Of a stretch of 63,884 nucleotides of DNA, positions 53,179-62,334 are shown in pieces. Position numbers and translations under genes: made by a program. Position 1 is the first letter of the stretch, and each line of letters opens with the position of its first letter. This stretch comes from a virus (Duplodnaviria > Caudoviricetes), in the IMG/VR virus record IMGVR_UViG_3300025132_000031, positions 1 through 63,884 of that record; one strand, 5' to 3'. The notes beneath the pieces were generated by a model. It made no database searches. It was not told the origin of the DNA and was given only the letters and a program-made list of their open reading frames with translations.

Positions 53179-53476
53179 TATCACTCTCTTTGTTGTCACT
53201 GCTATCTTGAACAGGATCAAAATCAAGACGTACAGGATGTGCTGTATTGAATGCACGAATTTGTGCCTGAGTTTTTTCGTCATGCCATAATTCCACTTGA
53301 CGTTCGATTTCTTTCATTCCAACATGTTTTGCATATGTTTCAGCTAAACCTGTATATGTATTACGTAAAGGAATAGGAGCTTCATCTCTCCTATACAGTT
53401 CATACAAATAGCTCATGAAGTCAGATCTATTCTGATTGTTTCTTACCCTCTGCAATGGGGTCATCGTGTCTGACAT
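53156..53476 (-). CDS. Hypothetical cyanophage protein (LY...R......TYTGL)
   Basis: ORF track. Confidence 0.6.
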   Translation of the reverse strand: MSDTMTPLQRVRNNQNRSDFMSYLYELYRRDEAPIPLRNTYTGLAETYAKHVGMKEIERQVELWHDEKTQAQIRAFNTAHPVRLDFDPVQDSSDNKESDNETQTAA

Positions 53477-54149
53477 TTTTATCTTTAGGACTTCTCAAAG
53501 AATAGCTATCATTATTCTCTAAATCAAGGATCTGCGAATCACCTCTTCCATAAGGAGGTATGGGAACAATATTGAAGGCTAGGGATTCTCTTGTTTTCTC
53601 TGAGCGATGCATAGCAATTTTATGCATTAAGTAACTTGGGAACAGAATTAATCTTTGATGTTCAGGAGGGATAGTCCATAAATCTGCTGTTTCCAATGGA
53701 ATCTTTCCATGTACGTCGTAATCTGTCTCCATCTTGTAGCTGCCATGGTATTGCAAAGGACTGGCAACTTCAAAGCCAGCAGCATCGTCATCATATTCAC
53801 CATAATAAAAAACGCCGCTATAAAACGAATTACGATGATTATGCCATTGAGAATCTTGGTCACTATTCGTTTTAGTAATCCAAGAAGTAGTTATTTTCCA
53901 GTCATTACCGGTTTCTCCTGTTCGGTATTTGAAGACTTCAAGATTAATTAACTTGAAAACTTCAAGCAAAGATTCTCGAATTGCAGGCATAGAATCTAAA
54001 ACTTGTATTGATTGTTGAATATTTTTTTCAGTTTCATATTTAGTAGCCTTAATTGCTTCATGAGATTTCCCCTGCAATAACGTCACGTCAATATCTAACT
54101 TTGCAATAAAGACATTAGAAGCGAACAAAGGTAATACATCTATCTCCAT
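53427..54149 (-). CDS. TIGR02466-like 2OG-Fe(II) oxygenase
   Basis: SW...HNH.NS..SGVFY...LILFPSYLMH...RESLAFN. Confidence 0.85.
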   Translation of the reverse strand: MEIDVLPLFASNVFIAKLDIDVTLLQGKSHEAIKATKYETEKNIQQSIQVLDSMPAIRESLLEVFKLINLEVFKYRTGETGNDWKITTSWITKTNSDQDSQWHNHRNSFYSGVFYYGEYDDDAAGFEVASPLQYHGSYKMETDYDVHGKIPLETADLWTIPPEHQRLILFPSYLMHKIAMHRSEKTRESLAFNIVPIPPYGRGDSQILDLENNDSYSLRSPKDKNVRHDDPIAEGKKQSE

Positions 54150-54790
54150 TAATACAACTCCTTGTGGTAAGGACAATTCTTGGACGGTACGTAATTAATA
54201 TTGACAACAAATCTAGCAAAAGTATCACTAGTTGATGAGCCACAGTGCTCATGTTTATTATTAAAAATTGCCAATCTATTTGCTTGACTCATTATTTTTT
54301 CACCTGGCTCACCATTCTCATCTTTCAATCGAGTATATCCATCACATGTATTGAGGTAAAAAACAGCATTAAACATTGAATCAAACGCCCCTTTTCCATC
54401 CTCATCTACACGATCTTGGTGATAGTGTCCTTCTACCACTTTTCCTTCTGTATGAAAATTCACATTCGCTTTAATTCGAATCGTAGCTAACGGATTTAAG
54501 ATAGTAAACAATTGAGACATAACAGGCCGCAACAGATCCAACCTGCAGTTAAAATCCATTCCATTATGTCCGTAAGGATTGGGATAAAAAATATGCTGAT
54601 ATAAATCGTCAAAAAGAGAACAACTTCCTTGATAATTATTTACTGCAGGCGTTTCTCCTTTTATGGGATCATAGACAATCATATCTAATTTCCATGTAGC
54701 TAAAGGAGACATGAAAAACTCCTGAAATGGAGTAAACACTTCAGGAGTTACAACGTTATCAAAGACTAAATAATTAGCCATTTTTTCCAC
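54149..54790 (-). CDS. Cyanophage 2OG-Fe(II) oxygenase-like protein
   Basis: RIKAN...HQD...FYLNTCDGYT...NRL..F....H...R.V.NINY. Confidence 0.85.
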   Translation of the reverse strand: MEKMANYLVFDNVVTPEVFTPFQEFFMSPLATWKLDMIVYDPIKGETPAVNNYQGSCSLFDDLYQHIFYPNPYGHNGMDFNCRLDLLRPVMSQLFTILNPLATIRIKANVNFHTEGKVVEGHYHQDRVDEDGKGAFDSMFNAVFYLNTCDGYTRLKDENGEPGEKIMSQANRLAIFNNKHEHCGSSTSDTFARFVVNINYVPSKNCPYHKELY

Positions 54791-54802
54791 ATACTATACC
54801 AT

Positions 54803-55294
54803 TCAACCGACTCCGGGAGGTACCTTATCTAATTGGTGAATTGTTGTGAGTTTAGTGATTGTCGCATCAGTCAAAATCCCTTCGGCTTTTAGATTGGCCA
54901 AGACATCCTTCCCTTGTTCATTTTGTGCATGATCTAATAACCATACATCTCCAGAATTTTGGAATATGTCTTCGAGATCGTTAACAGTATCGCTTGTCCC
55001 TGCTTTAACTGCAGCTTTGTAAGCTGTTCGTTCTGCACGAGTCATCTCTAAAAAGAAAAGAGATTTGGTGACACATTGAGTATGCACCATCGAATTCGTG
55101 TCAGGAGTAGGTTCTGGGATATCTGCAGGGGCTTCCCACTTCGATCCGTTTTTAACCCATCCTGGTTTAGCCGAAGCAGAGACAGAAACGAAGAGCTTTG
55201 CTAAATCCTCATGAAACTGTTTAGTAGGATCAGATGAGACTTGAGTGATAGTCTCTTTACCATCAATAGTCTCTACTAGTCCGTAATTAGCCAT
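54803..55294 (-). CDS. Putative tail-fibre assembly/accessory protein (copy 2)
   Basis: Follows a Gly-rich fibre; FHEDLAK, MTRAER match 56596-57024. Confidence 0.6.
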   Translation of the reverse strand: MANYGLVETIDGKETITQVSSDPTKQFHEDLAKLFVSVSASAKPGWVKNGSKWEAPADIPEPTPDTNSMVHTQCVTKSLFFLEMTRAERTAYKAAVKAGTSDTVNDLEDIFQNSGDVWLLDHAQNEQGKDVLANLKAEGILTDATITKLTTIHQLDKVPPGVG

Positions 55295-55317
55295 AATAGA
55301 AATCCTTTATTGTTATT

Positions 55318-56592
55318 TTAAGCTATTGCATATGTAATAACAATTAGGCCATTTCCGCCCATTTCCCATCCATAGTGATGATGTCCGGGGTTGCCATCAT
55401 AACCGCTACTTCCAGCACCGCCACCACAACCTCCGTTTGAGCCTTGTTGATATTGAGCTGCTCCTCCTCCTCCTCCTAGAACTCCTCCGTTACCGGCAAT
55501 AGCTCCTCTCGTGTCATTACTACTGTCGTAAGTACCAACAGCACCACCACCAGCTCCAGGTCCGCCACATCCAGCATTACTAGGCCAACAAGCGCTACTA
55601 AATCTTCCGGCACAGGAACCGCCTCCTCCGCCTCCGCCTAGCATGAGCATGTTAGGATCCCAAATTGCACCACCTTTACCATCTGCAGCATATGCTTCGG
55701 ATGGACGAGCACTGTCGTTACTGGAATACCAATTCTTTGTAGCACCTCTTCCGCCTGCCCCGAACAGACCTGCTCCTCCTGGTCCGCCACGAGTTCTTTC
55801 GCCAGTGCCATCGTAAGGGCCGCTTCCATTTCCAGCAGTACCAGCTCCTCCTGGAGGACTCCAAGTAGTATGCGGTCTACTACCGTTGAATTTTATAGAA
55901 GCTCCGGAACCTGCTGTGTAGCTAACTCCACGTCCACCCATGAATCCATCTCTTTGTCCATCTGGGGCAGGAGCTGAAGCTCCACCGCCACCGAATCCAG
56001 AACCTGGGTTTTGACTACCTTCTCCACCCCATCCGCCTCGACGGTTGATATCTCCTCCTATACCAACACCTCCTTGGGCGTTTTGGTTATTCAAAGGGTT
56101 ACTATTTTCTCCTGTGGAATTTGGGTTGCCAGGAGGGTTACTAGAATATTCTCCATCATTACCTCCTGATGCAGAACAATGAGAACCAAAAGAGCTAGTA
56201 GTACCTCTAGAGTTGTAACTAGCATAGGATGGCACTCCTACAGTTACGGTTTCTGTGGAACCTAACGAAGAAATTGCAATTTCTTTGTAAGCCATTCCAC
56301 CACCACCACCACCATAACCATTACCACTACCACCACTACATCCACCATTTCCGCCTGGTCCCCACACCCAAACCCTTAGAGGAATGTCAGTATTAATATT
56401 GGAAGGCTTGGTCCATGTGTAGACACCGTCATAGAATCGGGTCCAACTGTTGTCCCACTTGTTTGTCACAAAGCTTGCGGAAGGGTCGGCCTTAGGCGAG
56501 CACCAATACTCAATTCTATTACGTGGGCCTGTGACTGTACCAGTAGCACCAGCATTAGCTGTAAAGCCTGGTGTTAATCCGAATCCTGTCAT
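55318..56592 (-). CDS. Glycine-rich tail fibre/receptor-binding protein (copy 2)
   Basis: WGPGGNGG, GGGGG, SSFG, GNGLIVI.Y. Confidence 0.75.
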   Translation of the reverse strand: MTGFGLTPGFTANAGATGTVTGPRNRIEYWCSPKADPSASFVTNKWDNSWTRFYDGVYTWTKPSNINTDIPLRVWVWGPGGNGGCSGGSGNGYGGGGGGMAYKEIAISSLGSTETVTVGVPSYASYNSRGTTSSFGSHCSASGGNDGEYSSNPPGNPNSTGENSNPLNNQNAQGGVGIGGDINRRGGWGGEGSQNPGSGFGGGGASAPAPDGQRDGFMGGRGVSYTAGSGASIKFNGSRPHTTWSPPGGAGTAGNGSGPYDGTGERTRGGPGGAGLFGAGGRGATKNWYSSNDSARPSEAYAADGKGGAIWDPNMLMLGGGGGGGSCAGRFSSACWPSNAGCGGPGAGGGAVGTYDSSNDTRGAIAGNGGVLGGGGGAAQYQQGSNGGCGGGAGSSGYDGNPGHHHYGWEMGGNGLIVITYAIA

Positions 56593-56595
56593 AAT

Positions 56596-57024
56596 TTATT
56601 TACCCCATGCATCAAGTTTAGCTTTACTATCTGCGCCTATGAATGACTTGGTGACGAAGTAGTCGATATCCGCCTTAACGTCGGTCGCTTCTAGATCATG
56701 TGGTCCACAATTAAACATATCCATGAAGTCTTCAACAGTTTCATCTGTTGCAGTTGCTGCCCTTAATGCTTTCCTTTCTGCTCCTGTAAGGCATTGATTG
56801 AAAGCTAACCTCTCAATATTCCTGTGTACTGTCCCTGCAACTACTGCTGCTGGGGCGGGTCTGTCAGAGTATTTGCCCTCACTATCCCGATCTTGATCCG
56901 TAGTTACAGAATCATCTACTTCAACATAATGCTTCGCAAGGTCTGCATGCATTACCGTTGCTGGATCGACGTCCAATGTCTCGGTAACATGTCCGGTGTC
57001 GTCATGGATTGCCCATTTTGCCAT
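56596..57024 (-). CDS. Putative tail-fibre assembly/accessory protein (copy 1)
   Basis: MHADLAK, LTGAER. Confidence 0.6.
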   Translation of the reverse strand: MAKWAIHDDTGHVTETLDVDPATVMHADLAKHYVEVDDSVTTDQDRDSEGKYSDRPAPAAVVAGTVHRNIERLAFNQCLTGAERKALRAATATDETVEDFMDMFNCGPHDLEATDVKADIDYFVTKSFIGADSKAKLDAWGK

Positions 57025-57036
57025 CAGTTAATCCTC

Positions 57037-58251
57037 CTAAGTAACCTTGTATTGAATAAAGATTAGGCCATCGCCTCCTCTTTGTGAGCCGTATTGGTAG
57101 TCTCTATTAGCTGTGTTATCATATCCAGTCTGACCTCCGTAACCACTAGCACCAGCTCCTCCAGCATTACCTCCAGAACCACCAGTGCAATATTGGCCGC
57201 CGCCGCCGCCGCCGCCTAGAACTCCACCTGACCCACCACAGAAGTAGGCATTGTCGGCACTACTGCTATATGTATGGACTGAACCTCCACCAGCACCTGG
57301 ACCGCCGCATCCACCATTTGCTCCCGTCCTCTCTGATGATTGATGGTTAGCAGCACCGCCACCGCCACCGCCTCCTCCTAAGAAGATGTGATTAGGTCCC
57401 CAAGTTGCTGTACCTTGTCCGTCTCCGGCAGCAGATGCCTGAGTCCAACCATTACTCCAAGTAGAACTACTAGCTCCTCGTCCTCCTGAACCATTCAATC
57501 CTGCTCCTCCTGCTCCTCCTCTACCTGCGTTACTCCAAGCTCCCCAACGACTGCATGATCCCGTCCCAGCAGTACCTGCACCGCCGGCAGCGGTGTAACT
57601 AGTGTAAGACCTAGTTCCTGGGAAGTTAATAGATGCACCACTTCCTCCGCAGTAGCTATCACCTCTTCCACCTCTGAATCCATCTGTATATCCCTGAGGA
57701 CTTGGAGCCGAGCCTCCTCCTCCTCCATATCCACTGCCTGGGTTCTGAGATCCATATCCTCCCATTCCTCCTCTTCTAGTGATATCTCCTCCTACTCCAA
57801 CACCTCCTTGGGCACTAGTACCCGCTTGAGGATTACTATTTTCGCCCGTTGTATTAGGGTTTCCAGAAGGATTGCTAGCGTTATCTCCGTCATTACCTGC
57901 TGTTGCGGAACAATGGGAACCAAACGAAGTATCACCACCTCTGCTGTTGTAGGTACCATTTGCAGCAGCCCCAATCGTTACTGTTACAGTTCCTCCTGCA
58001 GATAAACCAGTGACTTCTTTAATAGATAAGCCACCGCCTCCTCCGCCCCAACTATTACCTGAACCTTGATTGGTTCCTGAATTACCACCTGCTCCCCAAC
58101 AGTAAACTTTTACAGAGACACTGTTGTCGAAATTGCTTGGAATATTCCAAGTGTAAGTACCCTTTGCATTCCACATTTCAGTGGTATTTCTAGGCCCATC
58201 AAGGTAGCCACCACCACCACTACCTTTAACTAATCCTGATAAAGTAGACAT
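57037..58251 (-). CDS. Glycine-rich tail fibre/receptor-binding protein (copy 1)
   Basis: WGAGG, TSFGSHCSA, GDGLIFIQY. Confidence 0.75.
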   Translation of the reverse strand: MSTLSGLVKGSGGGGYLDGPRNTTEMWNAKGTYTWNIPSNFDNSVSVKVYCWGAGGNSGTNQGSGNSWGGGGGGLSIKEVTGLSAGGTVTVTIGAAANGTYNSRGGDTSFGSHCSATAGNDGDNASNPSGNPNTTGENSNPQAGTSAQGGVGVGGDITRRGGMGGYGSQNPGSGYGGGGGSAPSPQGYTDGFRGGRGDSYCGGSGASINFPGTRSYTSYTAAGGAGTAGTGSCSRWGAWSNAGRGGAGGAGLNGSGGRGASSSTWSNGWTQASAAGDGQGTATWGPNHIFLGGGGGGGGAANHQSSERTGANGGCGGPGAGGGSVHTYSSSADNAYFCGGSGGVLGGGGGGGQYCTGGSGGNAGGAGASGYGGQTGYDNTANRDYQYGSQRGGDGLIFIQYKVT

Positions 58252-58578
58252 CTAAGTAATCCTCCAACCTTGAGCAGTGTTGTAATAAGTTAAGCGGAAA
58301 CCTACGTTCTTCATGTCGATAGTCATATCTTCCGCTAAACCCATGATGTTCAAACCGTTCCTAGCAACAGTGACGTTATTATCAGCCAAATTCCCTGTCG
58401 CATCTGCGAAGTCGACATAGTCATCTTCTACAGCACTACTAGGCATAGTGATGGTAAAAGCACCGCCTGCGCTATCTAACAATAGTGCGTCACCTGCAAC
58501 GGCAGTATAGTTAGCAGTCTTTGCAGACCAATCGGCATCAGATCCTGAAATGCCGTCGAATGAGAGTTTTCTACCCAT
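58252..58578 (-). CDS. Tail/fibre structural domain protein
   Basis: YTAVAGD..L.DSAGGAFTITMP...NNVTVARNG..I.G...GW. Confidence 0.75.
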   Translation of the reverse strand: MGRKLSFDGISGSDADWSAKTANYTAVAGDALLLDSAGGAFTITMPSSAVEDDYVDFADATGNLADNNVTVARNGLNIMGLAEDMTIDMKNVGFRLTYYNTAQGWRIT

Positions 58579-58608
58579 GTTTATTCCTCATATGGTGATC
58601 AAGTCTCA

Positions 58609-58947
58609 TTAAGTCTCAATACCGTAAGCGGTAAAGGAGACATTTCCTGCTCCACTGCCTACCATGATACGAGCAGTATTCTCAAGGGTAATGCCAGTTC
58701 TTTCCATGGCTGAATTACCACTTAATGAATAGTCGTATTCAATGTAATGCTTAGCACCTATAGCACCAGAAGTTGCTGACACGCTAGAATCTACTACGGC
58801 AATACGAACGGTATCAGGTGTTGCAGCCTGATTACATACTGACAAAATGACAGTTGTTGTTGCAGTGGCACCAAATAATTTGTAGGTATTAGTCAGATCC
58901 GGTGCACCACCAGCCGGTTTTAGACTCCCTTTAATTCCCGAGGCCAT
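58609..58947 (-). CDS. Small virion structural protein
   Basis: LSVCNQ...VRIAV...IEYD...ERTGI.L. Confidence 0.65.
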   Translation of the reverse strand: MASGIKGSLKPAGGAPDLTNTYKLFGATATTTVILSVCNQAATPDTVRIAVVDSSVSATSGAIGAKHYIEYDYSLSGNSAMERTGITLENTARIMVGSGAGNVSFTAYGIET

Positions 58948-59027
58948 ACGATCTCTATAAAAACAGGTGGGCAGTTGAACTGCCTCGTCACTTTAGTATA
59001 GAGCTTATCGAACTTGAGTAGTCGTTA

Positions 59028-59192
59028 TTAAGGTCCTATACCAAAGTCGCCGTTAAGTTCTACTCTCTTCCTTAAATTACTCATAGTCGTCCTTGCTTTC
59101 TTCATTGCACGAGTATTAGCCTTGTCTGTTCTCATATCTGTAAGCTCTAATTTTTTCTTTTCTGCTTGCTTTGCTTTCTTAAATAAAGGCAT
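59028..59192 (-). CDS. Small basic protein (54 aa)
   Basis: TGATG-coupled start MPLFKKAK. Confidence 0.5.
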   Translation of the reverse strand: MPLFKKAKQAEKKKLELTDMRTDKANTRAMKKARTTMSNLRKRVELNGDFGIGP

Positions 59193-60508
59193 CAGTTCAT
59201 TGCACCATAGAAGAACGCTTGAGATAAGAAAGTTGAACTTGTCGTAAACTGTCCTGAAATAATTAACTGCCAATTTGTTGCTTCTGATCCTGATGTAGGA
59301 GTAGCTCCGTTCGATAAATGATCATTCACATTCATATACATGTTCAAGTTTGGTGCAGAACCTGTTGTTACTAAATCATTTTTAAAGTAATCCGTTGCAT
59401 CAGCATAGCCACCACGATAATACTGACCACTTGACATTCTTTCCCAATGGTTATTACCAGTGAAATCAGTTAAGAAGCTAGCTGCTGCAGTGTGGTTATT
59501 TAATGCTCTATAAGTCTGCCCTAGATGAATAACAACATCATCAACTTTGTAGACAGTGGTAGTAGCCCAGTTTCCTCTTTGGTTTAGGGCTTGAATGTAT
59601 AGATCCCAATACGTAGCATTAGGAGGCTCATTTCCAGTACTTCTCTGTTTGCAACGGTAAACATTTCCACCTAGTGTTACTAGATCATTAAATTCATACT
59701 GAGTACCTGCTGCATATGCTCCTTTTTCTTTGAATCCTTCAACAAAGATTGTCCAGTAAGAAGCATTAGGAGGAATATTTCCTGTTGAGTCTGCAGTACA
59801 AACGTATAAACATCCACTAAGAGTAACGACGTCGTTAACTTCGTAAGCTGTTGCGTTGTTATAAGCACCTACAAGATTAAAACCAGCAGCAAATACATTC
59901 CAGTAAGTTGCATTAGGAGGGTTTTGACCTGTATGAGCAAGCACACAGATATAATTAACACCGTTTTGTAGTGCTATATCGTTGAGTTTGTATGCAGTTG
60001 AGTTACTCCAGTTTCCTGTGTAATTAAAACCAGGGGTAAATACTGTCCAGTAAGAAGCGTTTGGAGGCTCTTGGTTGGTATTATTCGCTGTAGCTATATA
60101 GTTAATACCATTAAGCATTGCGACGTCATTGACTTTATATGCCGTCGAGTTATCCCAAACTCCTTTATATTTAAATCCTTCTAAAAATAAAGCCCAATAA
60201 GTTGCGTTAGGAGGAGTATTGCCAACTGTTGTTTGCTTTGCACGATATATCAGTCCACTAACTCGAACTAAATCATTCTTTTGGTAAGTAACCGCATTGT
60301 CATAGTCTCCAAGGTCTGAGAGACCATCGACCATGTTGGACCAATAGGTTGTATTAGAAGGTGCATTGCCTGCGCCCGCAATTCTACTGATATAAACGTA
60401 AGAGTTACCACCGTAGGAAACTACGTCGTTTAGCTCATAATTAGTGGCTGGATTGTATACTCCTCTGTACAAAAAGCGGAGTTTACCAAGATCAATAATG
60501 GTGCTCAT
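59192..60508 (-). CDS. Tail protein with about 8 carbohydrate-binding-like repeats of ~47 aa
   Basis: MSTIIDLGKLRF; repeat G.W/Y..ST.Y..ND.V...G..Y.....T..PPNATYW. Confidence 0.8.
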   Translation of the reverse strand: MSTIIDLGKLRFLYRGVYNPATNYELNDVVSYGGNSYVYISRIAGAGNAPSNTTYWSNMVDGLSDLGDYDNAVTYQKNDLVRVSGLIYRAKQTTVGNTPPNATYWALFLEGFKYKGVWDNSTAYKVNDVAMLNGINYIATANNTNQEPPNASYWTVFTPGFNYTGNWSNSTAYKLNDIALQNGVNYICVLAHTGQNPPNATYWNVFAAGFNLVGAYNNATAYEVNDVVTLSGCLYVCTADSTGNIPPNASYWTIFVEGFKEKGAYAAGTQYEFNDLVTLGGNVYRCKQRSTGNEPPNATYWDLYIQALNQRGNWATTTVYKVDDVVIHLGQTYRALNNHTAAASFLTDFTGNNHWERMSSGQYYRGGYADATDYFKNDLVTTGSAPNLNMYMNVNDHLSNGATPTSGSEATNWQLIISGQFTTSSTFLSQAFFYGAMN

Positions 60509-60792
60509 ACGATTTCAACTTGTAAATGTCCTGGGTAAACGCCAGCAGTTAAAGGCCAACTAAAATTTAGAAGCTTGTTTGACCAAACAACTTGGGCATA
60601 GTCGTCATTACTTATTATATTATCGTCTGGAAGCTTAACGAAGTCTGAGTCGTCATCATGACGCACCACGTTGAGAGCTCCAGTTGCGGGATCAAATTGG
60701 AAGCCATAGGCAATTTTGCCAGTGGGTTCGGGAAATTCAATAATCCCTGGGGTTTCAACTTCTTTAAGAAGTTCAATAGAATCAAGGCTCAT
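60505..60792 (-). CDS. Hypothetical virion protein
   Basis: Coupled ORF. Confidence 0.65.
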   Translation of the reverse strand: MSLDSIELLKEVETPGIIEFPEPTGKIAYGFQFDPATGALNVVRHDDDSDFVKLPDDNIISNDDYAQVVWSNKLLNFSWPLTAGVYPGHLQVEIV

Positions 60793-61166
60793 TAGTTCAC
60801 ATCCTCATAAACAGATAACCAACAACTAAAGGTTGTAGTAGCCCCATCATCTACTGTTGGAGCATTTGCTTTGACAGTGTCATAGCTTGTAGCTTCGCCA
60901 ACTAAAACAATCTTCTGACCACTATCCATCAACTGTACAGTTTCACCTGCAGGTACTCTTTGAGACTTAGCTAGATAATGCTTAGTCGTTCCTCCTGCTT
61001 TTTGAATCCATACGTCACAAGGCAGATCAAATTTACTGTTATTAGAAACAGATACTCCTGCAACTACACTTGTTTTATTAGCAGGGGCTGGGTAAATGCT
61101 TACCTCATCACTAGTGGGGTAGTTGGCATGCCCAAAAGGTAAGCTAAATTTCTTGAATTCTGCCAT
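60792..61166 (-). CDS. Small virion structural protein
   Basis: IY.AP...SV...V.VSN...VPAG.T......KIVL. Confidence 0.65.
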   Translation of the reverse strand: MAEFKKFSLPFGHANYPTSDEVSIYPAPANKTSVVAGVSVSNNSKFDLPCDVWIQKAGGTTKHYLAKSQRVPAGETVQLMDSGQKIVLVGEATSYDTVKANAPTVDDGATTTFSCWLSVYEDVN

Positions 61167-61795
61167 TAACCGTAAGCGAGGATATCGTTAATAGAGCCGC
61201 CTCCCCCTCCACCACCGCCACTGCTGACAGCGACCCAAGCATTAAGAGAGCCTGCTATGTACATACTAAAGCTTCCCGCCGTTGAGTTATACCACCAATC
61301 ACCTTCTACCATCCCTGATGTTGGAGCCACGGCTGCGGAGAATGTTTTATGACCTACTTCAGTCCATGCACTGCCTATGTAAATCTTTAGTCTGCTACTT
61401 GTTGTATCCCACCAATATTCTCCTTCGGCAGGAGAACTAGGTGCTGATCCTGTTACATAGGTTTGAGTCTCTGTTAATTCCCATGAGGTCGAAGCCGTGA
61501 CATATATTTTTAACTGATTTTTAGTAGTATCAAACCATAACAATCCATTACTAGGACTGCTTGGTGCTGACGCAGAGACAATAACTGTTGATAAGCTCTC
61601 GCTAGGCTCTGTCCAAGCCGAGCCATCGTAAACCTTTAAAAGATTACCACCAGTATCAAACCATAAATCACCTGTCTTTGGACTAGATGGAGCAGAACCT
61701 GAAACGGTTACAACTCCAATACTGTTTAAACGGTCTCCATCAGCGAGTTGCTCAGGATAACCATTTACATAAACAATAGGTTTGCGATCTGCCAT
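61166..61795 (-). CDS. Tail fibre-like protein with four APSSP..GxxWxD-type repeats
   Basis: SAPSSPKTGDLWFDT...LKVY...W repeats. Confidence 0.75.
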   Translation of the reverse strand: MADRKPIVYVNGYPEQLADGDRLNSIGVVTVSGSAPSSPKTGDLWFDTGGNLLKVYDGSAWTEPSESLSTVIVSASAPSSPSNGLLWFDTTKNQLKIYVTASTSWELTETQTYVTGSAPSSPAEGEYWWDTTSSRLKIYIGSAWTEVGHKTFSAAVAPTSGMVEGDWWYNSTAGSFSMYIAGSLNAWVAVSSGGGGGGGGSINDILAYG

Positions 61796-62325
61796 TAGCT
61801 CAATAACACAGGTGTACTAGTTTTTATATCTAATTTATCGTTGTTAATTCCTTCTCCTACTAAAACATTGTATGATCCCGCAGTACTTACTGGGGTGTTA
61901 GAAATCGTTCCCTCTGCTCCAGTCACGCCAGTAAGAAAATACTGGGTTGATACTCCATAAGCACCTGTGTTTTCTAGTATTCCTCTAGTAACAACATCCA
62001 CCACTGCATCTGCTACTGCATCTTCTTTGGCAAAACCAATAACAGTAGCTTTCATTCGAGTATCATCTACCCTTGCTCTGAAAACTTTGCCGTTACTGAA
62101 GATGTACAATGCATCTCCTTTCGACACGTCTTCACCTGCTGTCATCTCTACAGAAAGAGAAGATCCGCTTCCTCCAGTTCCAAGAGCTGCTTGTAAAGCT
62201 ACTAAAGCTTGAATAATTCCACCCGTGTTCTTCGGATAATCAGTCGTCAATGTACCCCCCGCTGCGACAATACAGGCTTGTATGGCGGCAATGATTCCAC
62301 CAGTATTTTCAGGATAAGCTGCCAT
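61795..62325 (-). CDS. Virion protein (head-fibre/cement-like)
   Basis: AGEDVSKGDALYI...IGFA...V.TRG; N-terminal YPxNTGGII x2. Confidence 0.6.
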   Translation of the reverse strand: MAAYPENTGGIIAAIQACIVAAGGTLTTDYPKNTGGIIQALVALQAALGTGGSGSSLSVEMTAGEDVSKGDALYIFSNGKVFRARVDDTRMKATVIGFAKEDAVADAVVDVVTRGILENTGAYGVSTQYFLTGVTGAEGTISNTPVSTAGSYNVLVGEGINNDKLDIKTSTPVLLS

Positions 62326-62334
62326 GATTTAATT

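Noticed and set aside
55318-58251. GCC/CCT triplet runs as microsatellites, or the paralogue pair as a DGR template/variable repeat
   Set aside because: The runs encode poly-Gly; paralogue differences are not adenine-specific and no reverse transcriptase is in the window
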